Positions 51,001 through 60,500 of a stretch of 64,000 nucleotides of DNA are shown in pieces. Origin of the DNA: Alphaproteobacteria bacterium (GTDB lineage: Bacteria; Pseudomonadota; Alphaproteobacteria; Sphingomonadales; Sphingomonadaceae). Below the pieces are notes generated by a model, which saw nothing but the letters and a program-made list of their open reading frames with translations, was not told where the DNA came from and ran no database searches. Positions within the stretch are counted from its first letter, which is position 1; every line of letters starts with the position of its first letter. The stretch covers positions 794,829 through 858,828 of the forward strand of contig CAXNKR010000001.1 of assembly GCA_964202995.1 (NCBI GenBank). The letters are read 5' to 3'. The translations under genes and the position numbers were made by a program.

Positions 51001-51379
51001 GACGATCTTGGGCAAGAATACGCAACAGTCGCCAGATTTCTTCAAAATTGATGTTTCAATCAGCCAAGAGCTCCCACTGATTGTAGGCAACTCTAAACTG
51101 CGCCTGTTTGCAGACATTGAGAATGTGCTGAACATGATCAATAAGGATTGGGGTTCATTGCGTCAGGTATCGTTCCCGCAGACAGCTGCTCTCGTCTCGG
51201 TACAATGCCTAACCACCGCTGTTGCAACTGGTACAACGCCGGGTTCTGGCGTTGTAAACACTGCTTCGACACAAAATTGTGCGCAATTTAGGTACTCTGA
51301 CGTGCTTGCCCCAAGCGAAGCGCTGGTGTCGCGGCAGTCGCTCTACGGCGTTCGTGTTGGCGTGAAGCTTAGCTTCTAA
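48089..51379 (+). CDS. Oar-like TonB-dependent receptor with N-terminal carboxypeptidase-regulatory-like domain
   Basis: Signal peptide ending PAFA, GLRVGGPF, EIVVTA TonB box, GGAINVVLRSG, C-terminal KLSF. Confidence 0.93.
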   Translation: MQVRFYLAASAAALSVASVLATPAFAQETTSSVRGTVESDTGPVAGATVTIVHEPSGTTSTSLTDDAGNFSASGLRVGGPFTVSVDASGYETAQVTDLSLSAGQSFRLPVVLQTQREIVVTASALRGATETSNGPTSAFNREDIEGVASINRDIRDVARRDPFVTIDLSNSRTIEVAGQNGRLNRFSVDGVQFSDDFGLNNGGLPTSRGPVPFDAIEQLSVKVAPFDISEGDFQGGAINVVLRSGGNNFSGSAFYTYTDESLTGDKTRDRKVALKFDSKQYGGIISGPIVKDKLFFMFGYEKTKESDPFDDGVGSGYANQVPGVTQAQIDQVSAIAQSVYGYDTLGQIQNAVEQDEKYVAKLDWNINEDHRASVTYIRNVGTQQFQQNTFVTGSAPYAIGLFSNGYELGEEVNSGAFQLNSQWTDTFSTEVRASYRDYNRDQTPFGGREFSQVEVCLDPTSVVSGASTRTSCGSSRVFFGPDVSRHSNDLNTDNLSIDFTARKDAGSHRIKATFGYSKINTFNLFLQRSLGDYYFDSIADFQNRVASRLRFGAAVPSLDANDAAANFSSSAYTFGIQDDWEVLPNLEMNFGFRYDLYENPTAVALNTNFLTRQNFPNTNTFNGEGVFQPRFGFNWQASDRLVVRGGIGIFAGGTPDVFLSNSYSNTGQRTNAIDISRDSSEATCNVSPANPTLCAAALTGVTGQIPSTVGAFAATNTASLAAAPVNAIDPDISTARQARATLSVNYDADLGPLGDGWLFGVDALYGDVIEAYQWTDARSVVIGTLPDGRPRYAPLGGTATTNQDLLMTNDQRGRSYIGVARLAKSWDWGLAVNASYTRSDVKDTNAITSATAGSLYSNNAFSNPNFAAYGTSIYQIKDQWKFGVDFNRAFFGENKTRLSLFGEYRSGRPYSLTMNDKTSGRSAVFGTVGNGSRHLLYVPTVGDSRVSFASSANETAFNALVDKLKIGKYRGTILGKNTQQSPDFFKIDVSISQELPLIVGNSKLRLFADIENVLNMINKDWGSLRQVSFPQTAALVSVQCLTTAVATGTTPGSGVVNTASTQNCAQFRYSDVLAPSEALVSRQSLYGVRVGVKLSF

Positions 51380-51403
51380 GCTACTCTAAACCGAACTAAA
51401 AAC

Positions 51404-51432
51404 AGGGCGGGGCTTCGGCTCCGTCCTTTTTT
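51404..51432. terminator. Probable bidirectional terminator between the TonB receptor and mtgA
   Basis: AGGGCGGGGC-TTCG-GCTCCGTCCT with an A-tract before and a T-tract after. Confidence 0.8.
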
Positions 51433-52138
51433 ATGTGTAGATGCAAGCATCAAGGCCGTCACGTTTGACGACGCGGATGCGTGCGGAGATGCTGTTGCCA
51501 TAGCGGCGGGTAAAGCCGCCCACGCTGTTCACTGCACGCTTTTTGGGCAAGGGCAGGATTGCGGCCAAGCGCGCGGCCTCTATGCGGGTCAGGTTCTTGG
51601 CGGATTTCTTGTAATAACGCTGCGCGCCGGCTTCTGCGCCATAGGTGCCGATACCGGTTTCGGCGACGTTCAGATATACTTCCATGATCCGGCGTTTGCC
51701 CCAGATGTTTTCGATCAGGAACGTGAAATACACCTCTGGCACTTTGCGCAGATAGCGCGTCCAGCCTGATCCTTGCCACAAGAATACATTTTTCGCGGTC
51801 TGCTGGCTGATTGTCGACCCACCACGTATACGGCCACCTTGCTGGTTACGCGCGAAGGCTTGTTCAATGGCATCGCGGTCAAAACCATCATGGCTGCAAT
51901 ATTTACCGTCCTCTGCGGCGATCACTGCCCGCACAAGGTTCGGCGATATATCGGAAAGGGGGGTCCAGTCGCGTTTGGCGCCGTTGCTGTCGAATAACAT
52001 CGTCAATGTCGTCGGGACAGGGGCCACGGCATAGACGCCGGTAAGCGCGAGGCTGCCCCCAATGAAGTACAATGCGCCCTTAAAGCTGGAACGAAGGACG
52101 CGGGCGGAAAACGAACGCTTGGTTTTTGTCATTGCCAA
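51431..52138 (-). CDS. mtgA: Monofunctional peptidoglycan transglycosylase
   Basis: AVIAAEDGKY, RGGSTISQQTAKN, KRRIMEVYLN. Confidence 0.95.
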   Translation of the reverse strand: MAMTKTKRSFSARVLRSSFKGALYFIGGSLALTGVYAVAPVPTTLTMLFDSNGAKRDWTPLSDISPNLVRAVIAAEDGKYCSHDGFDRDAIEQAFARNQQGGRIRGGSTISQQTAKNVFLWQGSGWTRYLRKVPEVYFTFLIENIWGKRRIMEVYLNVAETGIGTYGAEAGAQRYYKKSAKNLTRIEAARLAAILPLPKKRAVNSVGGFTRRYGNSISARIRVVKRDGLDACIYT

Positions 52139-52183
52139 AAACTAGCGCAGTGTTTTCCGCCCGTCACCTATTTTTACAGACAG

Positions 52184-53089
52184 TTAAAACGCGAGCAGTA
52201 GCCGTTTTTCGCCAGCAATGCGCAACATCGCATTTTGCAGTTTTTCAAAAGCGCGCACTTCGATCTGGCGCACACGCTCTCGGCTAACGCTATAGGTCTG
52301 GCTGAGTTCTTCGAGTGTTTGCGGCTCTTCGATCAGGCGGCGCTGCGTTAGAATGTGCTTCTCGCGCTCATTCAGGCTGCCCATCGCTTCGGACAATAAG
52401 GCATGGCGCATGTCACCTTCTTGTGCGTCGGCAACGCGCTCGTCCTGCAAAGGCGTGTCATCGACCAACCAATCCTGCCATTGACCATCGCCATCTTCCC
52501 GCATGGGCACGTTGAGCGATGTATCACCGCCCATCGCCATGCGGCGGTTCATATTGTTCACTTCTTCCTCGGAAACGCCCAAGTCAGTTGCGATTTTGCG
52601 CAATGCTTCTTGGTTCAGGTCGCCATCTTCAAAAGCCTGAAGATTGTTTTTCATGCGGCGCAGGTTGAAGAACAGCTTCTTCTGCGCAGCGGTGGTGCCG
52701 ATTTTTACCAAGCTCCAGCTTCGCAGGATAAACTCCTGCATGGAAGCGCGGATCCACCACATCGCGTAGGTCGCGAGGCGGAAACCACGGTCGGGGTCAA
52801 ATTTCTTTACGCCCTGCATCAATCCGATATTCCCTTCGGAAATCAGCTCGGATACCGGCAGGCCATAGCCGCGATACCCCATGGCGATTTTCGATACGAG
52901 GCGAAGATGCGAGGTGACCAGCTGTTCAGCGGCTTTGGTGTCGCCATGTTCTTGCAAGCGCTTGGCAAGCATATATTCTTGCTCGGGCTTGAGTATCGGA
53001 AACTTCCGGATCTCGCTTAGGTAACGATTAAGGCTCGCGTCCCCCCCAAGGGCAGGTATCGTAGCCGGAACATTCTTTTTAACAGACAT
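52184..53089 (-). CDS. rpoH: RNA polymerase sigma-32
   Basis: LISEGNIGLM, YAMWWIRA, RpoH box QKKLFFNLR. Confidence 0.97.
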   Translation of the reverse strand: MSVKKNVPATIPALGGDASLNRYLSEIRKFPILKPEQEYMLAKRLQEHGDTKAAEQLVTSHLRLVSKIAMGYRGYGLPVSELISEGNIGLMQGVKKFDPDRGFRLATYAMWWIRASMQEFILRSWSLVKIGTTAAQKKLFFNLRRMKNNLQAFEDGDLNQEALRKIATDLGVSEEEVNNMNRRMAMGGDTSLNVPMREDGDGQWQDWLVDDTPLQDERVADAQEGDMRHALLSEAMGSLNEREKHILTQRRLIEEPQTLEELSQTYSVSRERVRQIEVRAFEKLQNAMLRIAGEKRLLLAF

Positions 53090-53161
53090 GTTTTCCTCTT
53101 TCATTGTGCCTTCCTTTGGGCCTCATCAAGCACCCGCTGGTAAAGCGTTCCCTTAAAAACT

Positions 53162-54103
53162 TTATGACTGCAACAGGCTTAACAGAAGCTGCATGTCTTT
53201 TGGTATACCGCATTCAAACCGTAAAGTTCCGCCGGTAATGGGATGAATAAACCCCAAAGAGGCCGCATGCAATGCCTGCCGGTCGAATTTGGCTTGATTT
53301 GGACCGATTTTATAATGGTTTTGTCGATTAGAATATACGCCATCGCCAATGAGTGGATGGCCGATATGGGCCATATGCACGCGGACCTGATGGGTGCGCC
53401 CTGTCTCCAGCGTGCATTCGACCACTGCCGTTTTGGCAAAGGCCTCAACCATCCGGTAATGCGTGACGGCATGGCGACCCTTTGATTCGGGCAGCACCGC
53501 CATTTTCTTTCGGTTTGTGGTGGACCGGCCAATTTGTGTGCGGACCGTGCCAGCAGGTGGCGCGGGAATGCCGTTTACGATCGCAATATATTTGCGTTCA
53601 ATATCATGCGCAGCGAAGAGTTTTGCGAGGCCCTCATGCGCCGCATCGCTTTTGGCTACGACCAGAAGCCCGGACGTGTCTTTGTCGATGCGATGAACTA
53701 TCCCAGGGCGCTGCACCCCGCCAATGCCCGATAGCTTGCCGTGGCAATGGTGGAGCAGCGCGTTGACAAGGGTTCCATCGCTATGACCCGCCGCCGGATG
53801 CACGACCAGCCCGGCTGGCTTATTGATGATGATCAAATGTTCATCTTCAAAAACCACATCGAGCGCGATGTTCTGCGCCACTGCTTTATCGGGCACTGGG
53901 GCAGGGACATTAAGCTCAAATGCTTGTCCCGACATCTTCTTGCTGCCGGCGTCGGCAAAGACCTGACCATTGATGCGCAGCGCGGCATCCGCGATCAAAG
54001 CCTGAATACGCGCGCGCGAAAATTGCGGCAATGCGGCGGTAAGCGCGCTATCCAGCCGCCCCGCACCCAAAACACCTGTAAATGTGGTAATTTCTCCAAG
54101 CAT
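53162..54103 (-). CDS. rluD: RluA-family pseudouridine synthase (RluD-like)
   Basis: NKPAGLVVHP, VHRIDKDTSG, LETGRTHQVRVH, QALHA. Confidence 0.93.
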   Translation of the reverse strand: MLGEITTFTGVLGAGRLDSALTAALPQFSRARIQALIADAALRINGQVFADAGSKKMSGQAFELNVPAPVPDKAVAQNIALDVVFEDEHLIIINKPAGLVVHPAAGHSDGTLVNALLHHCHGKLSGIGGVQRPGIVHRIDKDTSGLLVVAKSDAAHEGLAKLFAAHDIERKYIAIVNGIPAPPAGTVRTQIGRSTTNRKKMAVLPESKGRHAVTHYRMVEAFAKTAVVECTLETGRTHQVRVHMAHIGHPLIGDGVYSNRQNHYKIGPNQAKFDRQALHAASLGFIHPITGGTLRFECGIPKDMQLLLSLLQS

Positions 54104-54116
54104 CGCATAGACATGG

Positions 54117-54527
54117 GTGATGGCTTTGCATTTATCAAGCAGCGACTGGCGACAACTTCTGGACTGGGCTGAAACTGCCGGGGACCATGAGTGCTGCGGG
54201 TTATTGCGGGGGGCGGGGGATATTGTTGCCGCGGTGGAGCTGGCGCAGAATGTCGCTGCCGATCCTGCAAGGCATTTCGAAATCGACCCGGCCGCATTGA
54301 TCTCAGCAGGTAAGGACGTGCGAAGTGGTGGAATTCCTGTGTTGGGATTTTTCCATTCGCACCCCAATGGTGTGGCCGCGCCGTCCTCAACCGACGTCGC
54401 CCATGCGGCACCCGATCAGCATATTTGGCTCATCATTGCCGATCGTTCGATCACGGCTTGGCAGCCTGTAGTTGCAGACGCTCGGGTGACCGGATTTATC
54501 CCCGTCACGTTATTGGTAGAGGGTTGA
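54117..54527 (+). CDS. JAB/MPN/Mov34 (JAMM) metalloprotease
   Basis: HECCG plus HSHP-x4-PSSTD JAMM motif. Confidence 0.88.
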   Translation: MMALHLSSSDWRQLLDWAETAGDHECCGLLRGAGDIVAAVELAQNVAADPARHFEIDPAALISAGKDVRSGGIPVLGFFHSHPNGVAAPSSTDVAHAAPDQHIWLIIADRSITAWQPVVADARVTGFIPVTLLVEG

Positions 54528-54591
54528 AACACCCGCCAACTCGGTTCATGAGCGGCGGCTGCACGCCCGATACCATCTGGAACTCTCGTTA

Positions 54592-55233
54592 ATGTCCGAA
54601 ACCGAAATCGATTTTGCCAGCCTGCTGTGCGCGCGCCTGTGCCATGACCTGTTAAGCCCCGTTGGCGCGATAAATAATGGCCTTGAGCTATTGGCGGATG
54701 AGCATGATCCCGAAATGCGGCAACGATGCATGGATTTGCTGGCGGAGAGCGCAAAGGCCGCTGCTGACAAACTTAAGTTTTTCCGTCTGGCCTTTGGCGC
54801 TGCAGGCGGGTTTGGCGCTGAAGTTGATCCCATAGAGGCAAAATTGGTGATTGAGCCAATGGTGACTTCAAGCGGACGGACGGTACTTGAGTGGGCCGTG
54901 CCTGCGCAGATGATGCCGAAACGAGCAGTGAAAATATTGCTAAATCTCGTTCTGTTGGCCAATGACGCGCTGGTGCGTGGCGGGACATTGTCCGTCGGTG
55001 CCGAAGCGCGCTCCGGCGAGCAGGAAATTGTCATTCGGGCGAGTGGACCCAAAATCATAATGGATTCAGCTATTCGACAGGCCCTGACCGGTCAGCTTGA
55101 CCCCGCTGCCGTGGACTCGCGCACGGCGGTAGCATGGGCGGCACATATGCTGGCGGTGCAAGGTGGTGGCATATTACAACTGGCAGAGCCCGATGCCGAA
55201 TATCTGGTGATTGGCGCGCTCATCTGCGTTTAG
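54592..55233 (+). CDS. chpT: Histidine phosphotransferase ChpT
   Basis: LCARLCHDLLSPVGAINNGLELL, KFFRLAFG. Confidence 0.93.
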   Translation: MSETEIDFASLLCARLCHDLLSPVGAINNGLELLADEHDPEMRQRCMDLLAESAKAAADKLKFFRLAFGAAGGFGAEVDPIEAKLVIEPMVTSSGRTVLEWAVPAQMMPKRAVKILLNLVLLANDALVRGGTLSVGAEARSGEQEIVIRASGPKIIMDSAIRQALTGQLDPAAVDSRTAVAWAAHMLAVQGGGILQLAEPDAEYLVIGALICV

Positions 55234-55278
55234 GCTCTGACTCAAAGCCGCCGGTCTTTTCCCGATTACGTAACTGAC

Positions 55279-56508
55279 TTATATTCTTTCTTTTCCGCGC
55301 AAAGCAGCATCGACCATTTGAGTCGCCAGCGTGCGTTGGCGTGCCGCATCTGGAAAATCCTCCTCTATCCAAGCGGCCTCAATTGCTTGCAGCGTTGTTG
55401 CGACCAAGGGGCCAGCGGGTAAGCCCATGACAATGAGTTCGCCGCCCTTGATCACGAGGCTTGGAATGTCCCATTTTTCCAGCCGCGCGAGACATTCCGG
55501 CACGTCTGCATCGACCGCATATAGCATCACGGCATCACGTGCTGTGTCGATATCCGCACGATAGGCAATCGCGCGGACATTAAAGGGTGTGGGCACACCT
55601 GCGCGCAACCTTTGGGCAAAGCCCTCGCGCAGTTTGTTGGACAGTTTCAACCGCGCCGCAACCTTATCGGCCGCAACGCTATCGCGGGTTAACAGCGCCA
55701 GAAAGCGCGCAGGCAACGAGACGGGCTGCGCATATTGCGTTTCGCGCTCCACAAGGTGCAGCAAGTCATCGGCGGCACTGCCCGACAGTTCGGGCAGAAA
55801 TGGCGAAAAGATGCCACTTGCGATCATCAGCAGGACTGATGCGACCGGATTTTGCAACCCTAATATGCGCGTGAGTTCCTGCGCGATGCGTTCGCGCGAC
55901 AAGGCCGTCAGTCCATGCGCGCCAGTTGCGCACGCCGCAATGGCGTCCGCATCAATCTGCCCGCCGCCATATCGCGCAAGGAACCGGAAATAGCGCAATA
56001 TGCGCAAGAAATCTTCGGCGATCCGTTGATGGGCATCGCCAATAAACCGCAATCTGCGCGCCTCCAGATCACTCAGCCCATTAAAATAGTCGAAGACTTC
56101 TCCGCTTTTGGGGTCCGCATATAAAGCGTTGATAGTGAAGTCGCGGCGGCTTGCGTCCTCTTGCCAGTCCGTTGCAAAAGCAACCGTCGCACGGCGTCCA
56201 TCCGTTGCAACATCGCGCCGCAACGTTGTGATCTCGTAATTCTTGCCATCCACAGCGGCGGTGACTGTTCCGTGTTCGATGCCAGTTGGAATAGCCTTGA
56301 TACCCGCAGCTTCCAAACGGTTGATGACTTCGTTTGGCAATAAGGCCGTTGCGATATCAACATCGGATACCGGCAAACCAAGCAGCGTGTCGCGCACCGC
56401 GCCACCCACATAACGCGGGCCGCCATAAACATCATCCAGCGCCGCCACAATCCTTTTCAGGCCATCGTGATGCTGCCACTCGGCATCGGGAAGGCGCGCA
56501 CGCGTCAT
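55279..56508 (-). CDS. cca: CCA tRNA nucleotidyltransferase / poly(A) polymerase family
   Basis: VGGAVRD, DVDIAT, RRDFTINA, EDFLRILR. Confidence 0.92.
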   Translation of the reverse strand: MTRARLPDAEWQHHDGLKRIVAALDDVYGGPRYVGGAVRDTLLGLPVSDVDIATALLPNEVINRLEAAGIKAIPTGIEHGTVTAAVDGKNYEITTLRRDVATDGRRATVAFATDWQEDASRRDFTINALYADPKSGEVFDYFNGLSDLEARRLRFIGDAHQRIAEDFLRILRYFRFLARYGGGQIDADAIAACATGAHGLTALSRERIAQELTRILGLQNPVASVLLMIASGIFSPFLPELSGSAADDLLHLVERETQYAQPVSLPARFLALLTRDSVAADKVAARLKLSNKLREGFAQRLRAGVPTPFNVRAIAYRADIDTARDAVMLYAVDADVPECLARLEKWDIPSLVIKGGELIVMGLPAGPLVATTLQAIEAAWIEEDFPDAARQRTLATQMVDAALRGKERI

Positions 56509-57077
56509 GCCAGCCGCCGCACGAGATTGGCGATGATCCCCGCCGTCACGCCCCAAATCCGTCGTTCGCCCCATTGCATGTCATAATAGCTGCGTTGCTG
56601 TCCATTCCAAGCCGCCTCTTTTCGCACCGAATTGGCAGGGTCAAGCAGGAAGGCAAGCGGCACTTCGAAATAGTCATCGACTTCTTCCGGATTGGGCTGA
56701 AGCGAAAGGTTTGGCGGGATGAAGCCGATAACAGGCGCTATGCTGTATCCACTGCCGGAGAAATATGTGTCCGCAACGCCGATGACGTCAACTATTGTTG
56801 GCGGGATGTTCAATTCTTCATGCGCCTCTCGCACCGCCGCCGCGATTACGTCTTCATCGCTGTCATCGACTTTGCCACCGGGAAAAGCAACTTGGCCCGC
56901 ATGGCTGCGCAACCATGTGGGGCGCTGAGTCAAGATGACACCAGGTTCTGCCCGGTCTGTTATTGGGATCAGAACCGCTGCTGCACGGTGGGTGTCGACG
57001 GCAAAGTGCCGTTCGTCTTCAATCTCTATGCTGCGTGCTGGATCAAGCGCCGCTTGCAACCTGTGCCGCCAATTCAT
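56505..57077 (-). CDS. Nudix CoA pyrophosphatase (NudL-like)
   Basis: AAVLIP, HAGQVAFPGG, REAHEE, IWGVTA. Confidence 0.92.
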   Translation of the reverse strand: MNWRHRLQAALDPARSIEIEDERHFAVDTHRAAAVLIPITDRAEPGVILTQRPTWLRSHAGQVAFPGGKVDDSDEDVIAAAVREAHEELNIPPTIVDVIGVADTYFSGSGYSIAPVIGFIPPNLSLQPNPEEVDDYFEVPLAFLLDPANSVRKEAAWNGQQRSYYDMQWGERRIWGVTAGIIANLVRRLA

Positions 57078-57625
57078 GCAGGCGAAGCCAGTTGGAATTG
57101 CGCGCCTTTGCTCCAAATGCTTGGGTCTTCGGCATTTTCGGCAAGCGCCAAATTGGCGAGTTCATAATAGACCGGACGCGCAAGCTTTGCCCACATCCCG
57201 CCGCGCACGTGCAAATACATCAGGCCGCCGCGCAGCTCAATTGCGTGATCGGCATCGGCAAAAACAAGGTCGTCGCTGTTGAGCCGGAACGCCAAGCTAC
57301 GTTCTGGTCCTTCGCCTTCGCTTTGCAGTTCGGCGGCAATGAACGGGGCGTCGTCGACGATGATCGACAGCTTTTGCTGCGGCGTCACAAGCCAATATTG
57401 TCCATCGGCATCGCGGCGCAATAGGCTGGAAAAGGCACGGATCATTGCTGGCCGTGTAATTTCTCCGCCCTGATAAAACCATTTACCGTCAGACGCGATC
57501 CGCATTTCGCTATCGCCGATATTGGCGGGTTCCCAGCTTTCGACAGGTGGCAATTTTCGCGTCGCAACAAGTTCCGCAATATCGGACAGACTAAGCTTGG
57601 CTAGATCAGGTGCTTCGTAAGGCAT
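57074..57625 (-). CDS. DUF1285-like protein
   Basis: MRIASDGKWFYQG, LVTPQQK, VDDAPF, ARLARP-like WAKLARP. Confidence 0.8.
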   Translation of the reverse strand: MPYEAPDLAKLSLSDIAELVATRKLPPVESWEPANIGDSEMRIASDGKWFYQGGEITRPAMIRAFSSLLRRDADGQYWLVTPQQKLSIIVDDAPFIAAELQSEGEGPERSLAFRLNSDDLVFADADHAIELRGGLMYLHVRGGMWAKLARPVYYELANLALAENAEDPSIWSKGAQFQLASPA

Positions 57626-57663
57626 AAGAACGCGATACGTCCAATCCGGCCAATCGTCAAAGC

Positions 57664-58143
57664 TTAGTCGGCAGGGCCAAGCATACCATGTGTTGGCAAG
57701 GCAACCATATCGACATTGCGCAGCAGCAAACGCCTTGGTTCCCAAGGTCCGGGCAAGGTCCAGCCAGATGTGCCCTTGGCTTCAAAACCAAAACGGCCAT
57801 AATATTCCGCATCTCCAATCATAACCATTGGCGCATCCTGCGGCGTTGCGGCGTTGAGCATCAATTGCATCAATCGTTTTCCAAGCCCGCTATTCTGGCG
57901 ATGGGTGGCAACCGCGACTGGGCCCACTAAGACCAGATCGGCCTTTCCAACGCGCACTGGCCAACACTGAATGCTCGCGAGTAATGCGCCATCGTCCAAA
58001 ATCCCAAAGGACAAATGATCAATGACGGCCATGCCTTTGCGCAGCAAATAGGCCGTGCGTGCATGCCGATCCGCCCCGAACGCATCATCGAGTAAAGCGT
58101 TCAACATATCAGCGGATATGCCTGAAAGGGACGTGTTGCGCAT
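57664..58143 (-). CDS. GNAT N-acetyltransferase
   Basis: VGPVAV..QNSGLGKRL, GDAEYYGRFGF. Confidence 0.88.
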   Translation of the reverse strand: MRNTSLSGISADMLNALLDDAFGADRHARTAYLLRKGMAVIDHLSFGILDDGALLASIQCWPVRVGKADLVLVGPVAVATHRQNSGLGKRLMQLMLNAATPQDAPMVMIGDAEYYGRFGFEAKGTSGWTLPGPWEPRRLLLRNVDMVALPTHGMLGPAD

Positions 58144-58288
58144 ATTAAACTTGCCGGGATAAGGGACACTATAGCCGCGTCCCCTGTCATTGCGGGCGAT
58201 GTTTGTCCAATCGAATATCATGTCGCCGATTATAAAAGCCGGGGTAAATTGCCTTTCGACGGAACATAGATTAGCATGTGTGGCTTAA

Positions 58289-59161
58289 GTGGTTTCGTCA
58301 CGCAGGAGAGAGAATTTGACCGATCAGGAAGCGCCCCAAGCGGCATCAGAAGCGACATTGGCACCTGCTCCGGCGCAACCGCGGGCCCCAAGAGATATTC
58401 TTGGCTATCTGGTTTTGATTACAGGCGTCGGTGCGCTGGGCTGGGGTGCGGTTGCGGCGGTTGGCACAGGTTGGGGTTATTGGGAATATACATCGGGGTT
58501 GAAGGGCGTTGCAGGGGCATTTCTTTTAGGGGTAGCGGCCATTTTGATCGGTCTCGTTCAAGAGTGGCGCGTTCGTAAATCTGCCACTCCACCGTTGGGC
58601 GCACGGCGCTGGGTCGGGATGCTGGTCGCGTTGGTCTATGTGGGCTGGGTAGGGACGTTTCTCGTCAAGGCGCTGACGGTGCCTGCTATTCATGACGTAT
58701 CTACAGACCTTGCTGATCCGCCAGCCTTTGTGACATTGCAATTGCGTGCGGACAATTGGGACGCGGTTCCCGGTGCTGACGATGCGAAAATGCGCGGCCT
58801 GACGCCTGAACAACGTTGGGCTATGGTGCATCAAAAGGCCTATGGCGACATCCGCTCGGTGCGTGTGAACGAACCGGTGCAGAGGGTGGTTGCCAAGGCG
58901 GAGCGTCTGGCCAAAGCACGTGGTTGGGATGTCGCAAAATCTTTACCCGCAGAAGGCCGTTTGGAAGCCACCGAAACCAGCGCATTCTTCCAGTTCAAAG
59001 ATGATGTCGTCTTGCGCGTTCGTCCATCAGACACAGGCGAGGGGAGCATTGTCGATATGCGTTCCGTCAGCCGCGTCGGGCAGAGTGATCTGGGTATGAA
59101 CGCCAAACGTGTTCGGTCGTTTCTGGCGGATTTAACTGGAACGGTAACGGCGGCGCAATAA
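58289..59161 (+). CDS. DUF1499-like membrane protein (likely TTG start 58316)
   Basis: Three N-terminal TM segments, IHDVSTD..DPP, FQFKDDVVLRV, VDMRSVSRVGQSDLG. Confidence 0.82.
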   Translation: MVSSRRRENLTDQEAPQAASEATLAPAPAQPRAPRDILGYLVLITGVGALGWGAVAAVGTGWGYWEYTSGLKGVAGAFLLGVAAILIGLVQEWRVRKSATPPLGARRWVGMLVALVYVGWVGTFLVKALTVPAIHDVSTDLADPPAFVTLQLRADNWDAVPGADDAKMRGLTPEQRWAMVHQKAYGDIRSVRVNEPVQRVVAKAERLAKARGWDVAKSLPAEGRLEATETSAFFQFKDDVVLRVRPSDTGEGSIVDMRSVSRVGQSDLGMNAKRVRSFLADLTGTVTAAQ

Positions 59162-59180
59162 AGCGCCGCCGCCAGTCTCG

Positions 59181-60314
59181 TTACTTCTTGGGGGTCAGCT
59201 TCAACAAGCGGCCCTGAGAGCCTGCGCGTTCGTCTTCAAGCAGCCAGATAGCACCATCGGGACCCTGTTCGACTTCGCGGATACGCGCGGCCATGTCCCA
59301 TTGGTCTGCCTTTGTTGCATTTTCGCCGTCCAGTTTCACACGGACCAAAGCCTTTGCACCAAGGCCACCGATAAACGCGCTGCCTTTCCAAGCTGCAAAC
59401 ATGTCGCCAGAATAGATCATCAATCCGCCGGGTGAAATGGCGGGGTTCCAGAAAACCTTCGGCGCTTCAAAACCATCGCCCGCCATATGGTCGGGGATAT
59501 TGCGGCCGTCATAATGGTCGCCATTTGACACGGTTGGATAACCGTAATTGGCTGCCTTTTTGACAAGGTTCAATTCATCACCGCCAGCAGGACCCATTTC
59601 TTGGTTCCACAAGCGCCCCTGCGCATCAAAGGCAATGCCAAGCGGATTGCGATGTCCGTAAGACCAGATCTGCGACTTGACCCGGCCTTGGTCATAAAAG
59701 GGGTTGTCCGATGGCACCATGCCGCCGTCGGTCAGGCGCACAATTTTGCCAAGATTTTGGTTGAGATCTTGTGCGGGGTAAAATTTCTGCCGCTCGCCGC
59801 TGCTGATATACAGCATCGCGTCCGGACCGAAGGCGAGGCGATGGCCATAATGGCCTTGCCCCGAAACCTTTGGTTCCTGACGCCAGATGATTTGAACGTC
59901 CGCCAGCATCGGCTTTGCGCTTGTTACATCAAGCTTACCACGGGCAACTGCCGCACCAAAGCCACCTTCGCCCGCCTCTGCAAAGCTGAGATAGACGAAT
60001 GTGTTGTTCGCAAAGTCGGGGTGGAGGATGATATCGCCAAGGCCGCCCTGGCCACCATAAGCGACCGCAGGAACGCCTTCGACATCCACAACCGCGCCTT
60101 CATTTTGCCACAGCTTGAGCTTGCCTTTTTTCTCGGTCACAAGAGCGTAAGCTGTGCCGGGCACGAATGTCATGGCCCAAGGTTGTTCGAAATCGGCAAC
60201 GACGGCAACATCAAAAGGCACAGCATCCTTGTCTGCATGGGCAGCGTCACTGATTGAAGGCTGGCAGGCGGCGGCCAGCACTGCTGCGCCGATCAGAAAA
60301 GACAATTTTGACAT
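59181..60314 (-). CDS. PQQ-dependent aldose sugar dehydrogenase (YliI/Asd-like), probable lipoprotein
   Basis: LAAAC lipobox, GQGGLGD, SYGHRNP, EMGPAGGDELN, RIREVEQGPDG. Confidence 0.9.
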   Translation of the reverse strand: MSKLSFLIGAAVLAAACQPSISDAAHADKDAVPFDVAVVADFEQPWAMTFVPGTAYALVTEKKGKLKLWQNEGAVVDVEGVPAVAYGGQGGLGDIILHPDFANNTFVYLSFAEAGEGGFGAAVARGKLDVTSAKPMLADVQIIWRQEPKVSGQGHYGHRLAFGPDAMLYISSGERQKFYPAQDLNQNLGKIVRLTDGGMVPSDNPFYDQGRVKSQIWSYGHRNPLGIAFDAQGRLWNQEMGPAGGDELNLVKKAANYGYPTVSNGDHYDGRNIPDHMAGDGFEAPKVFWNPAISPGGLMIYSGDMFAAWKGSAFIGGLGAKALVRVKLDGENATKADQWDMAARIREVEQGPDGAIWLLEDERAGSQGRLLKLTPKK

Positions 60315-60500
60315 GATGCAAAGCTCCTTTTTATATATGCCCATATCAATTGGTGCATGCTGGGGCGATGCGCAAGACACTTGCATATGAAAGTCTTCGG
60401 GCCTATACTAATGCTATCCTTACATTGTGAGAACGTGAAAGGGCTGGCGCTACTTGGGCCGGCGCGATAGTCGTTGCATGCCGAATAAGAAAGTCTGATT

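Noticed and set aside
54117-54527. JAB protein as part of a CBASS or ubiquitin-like defence system
   Set aside because: No CD-NTase, E1/E2 or effector genes nearby; the context is housekeeping.
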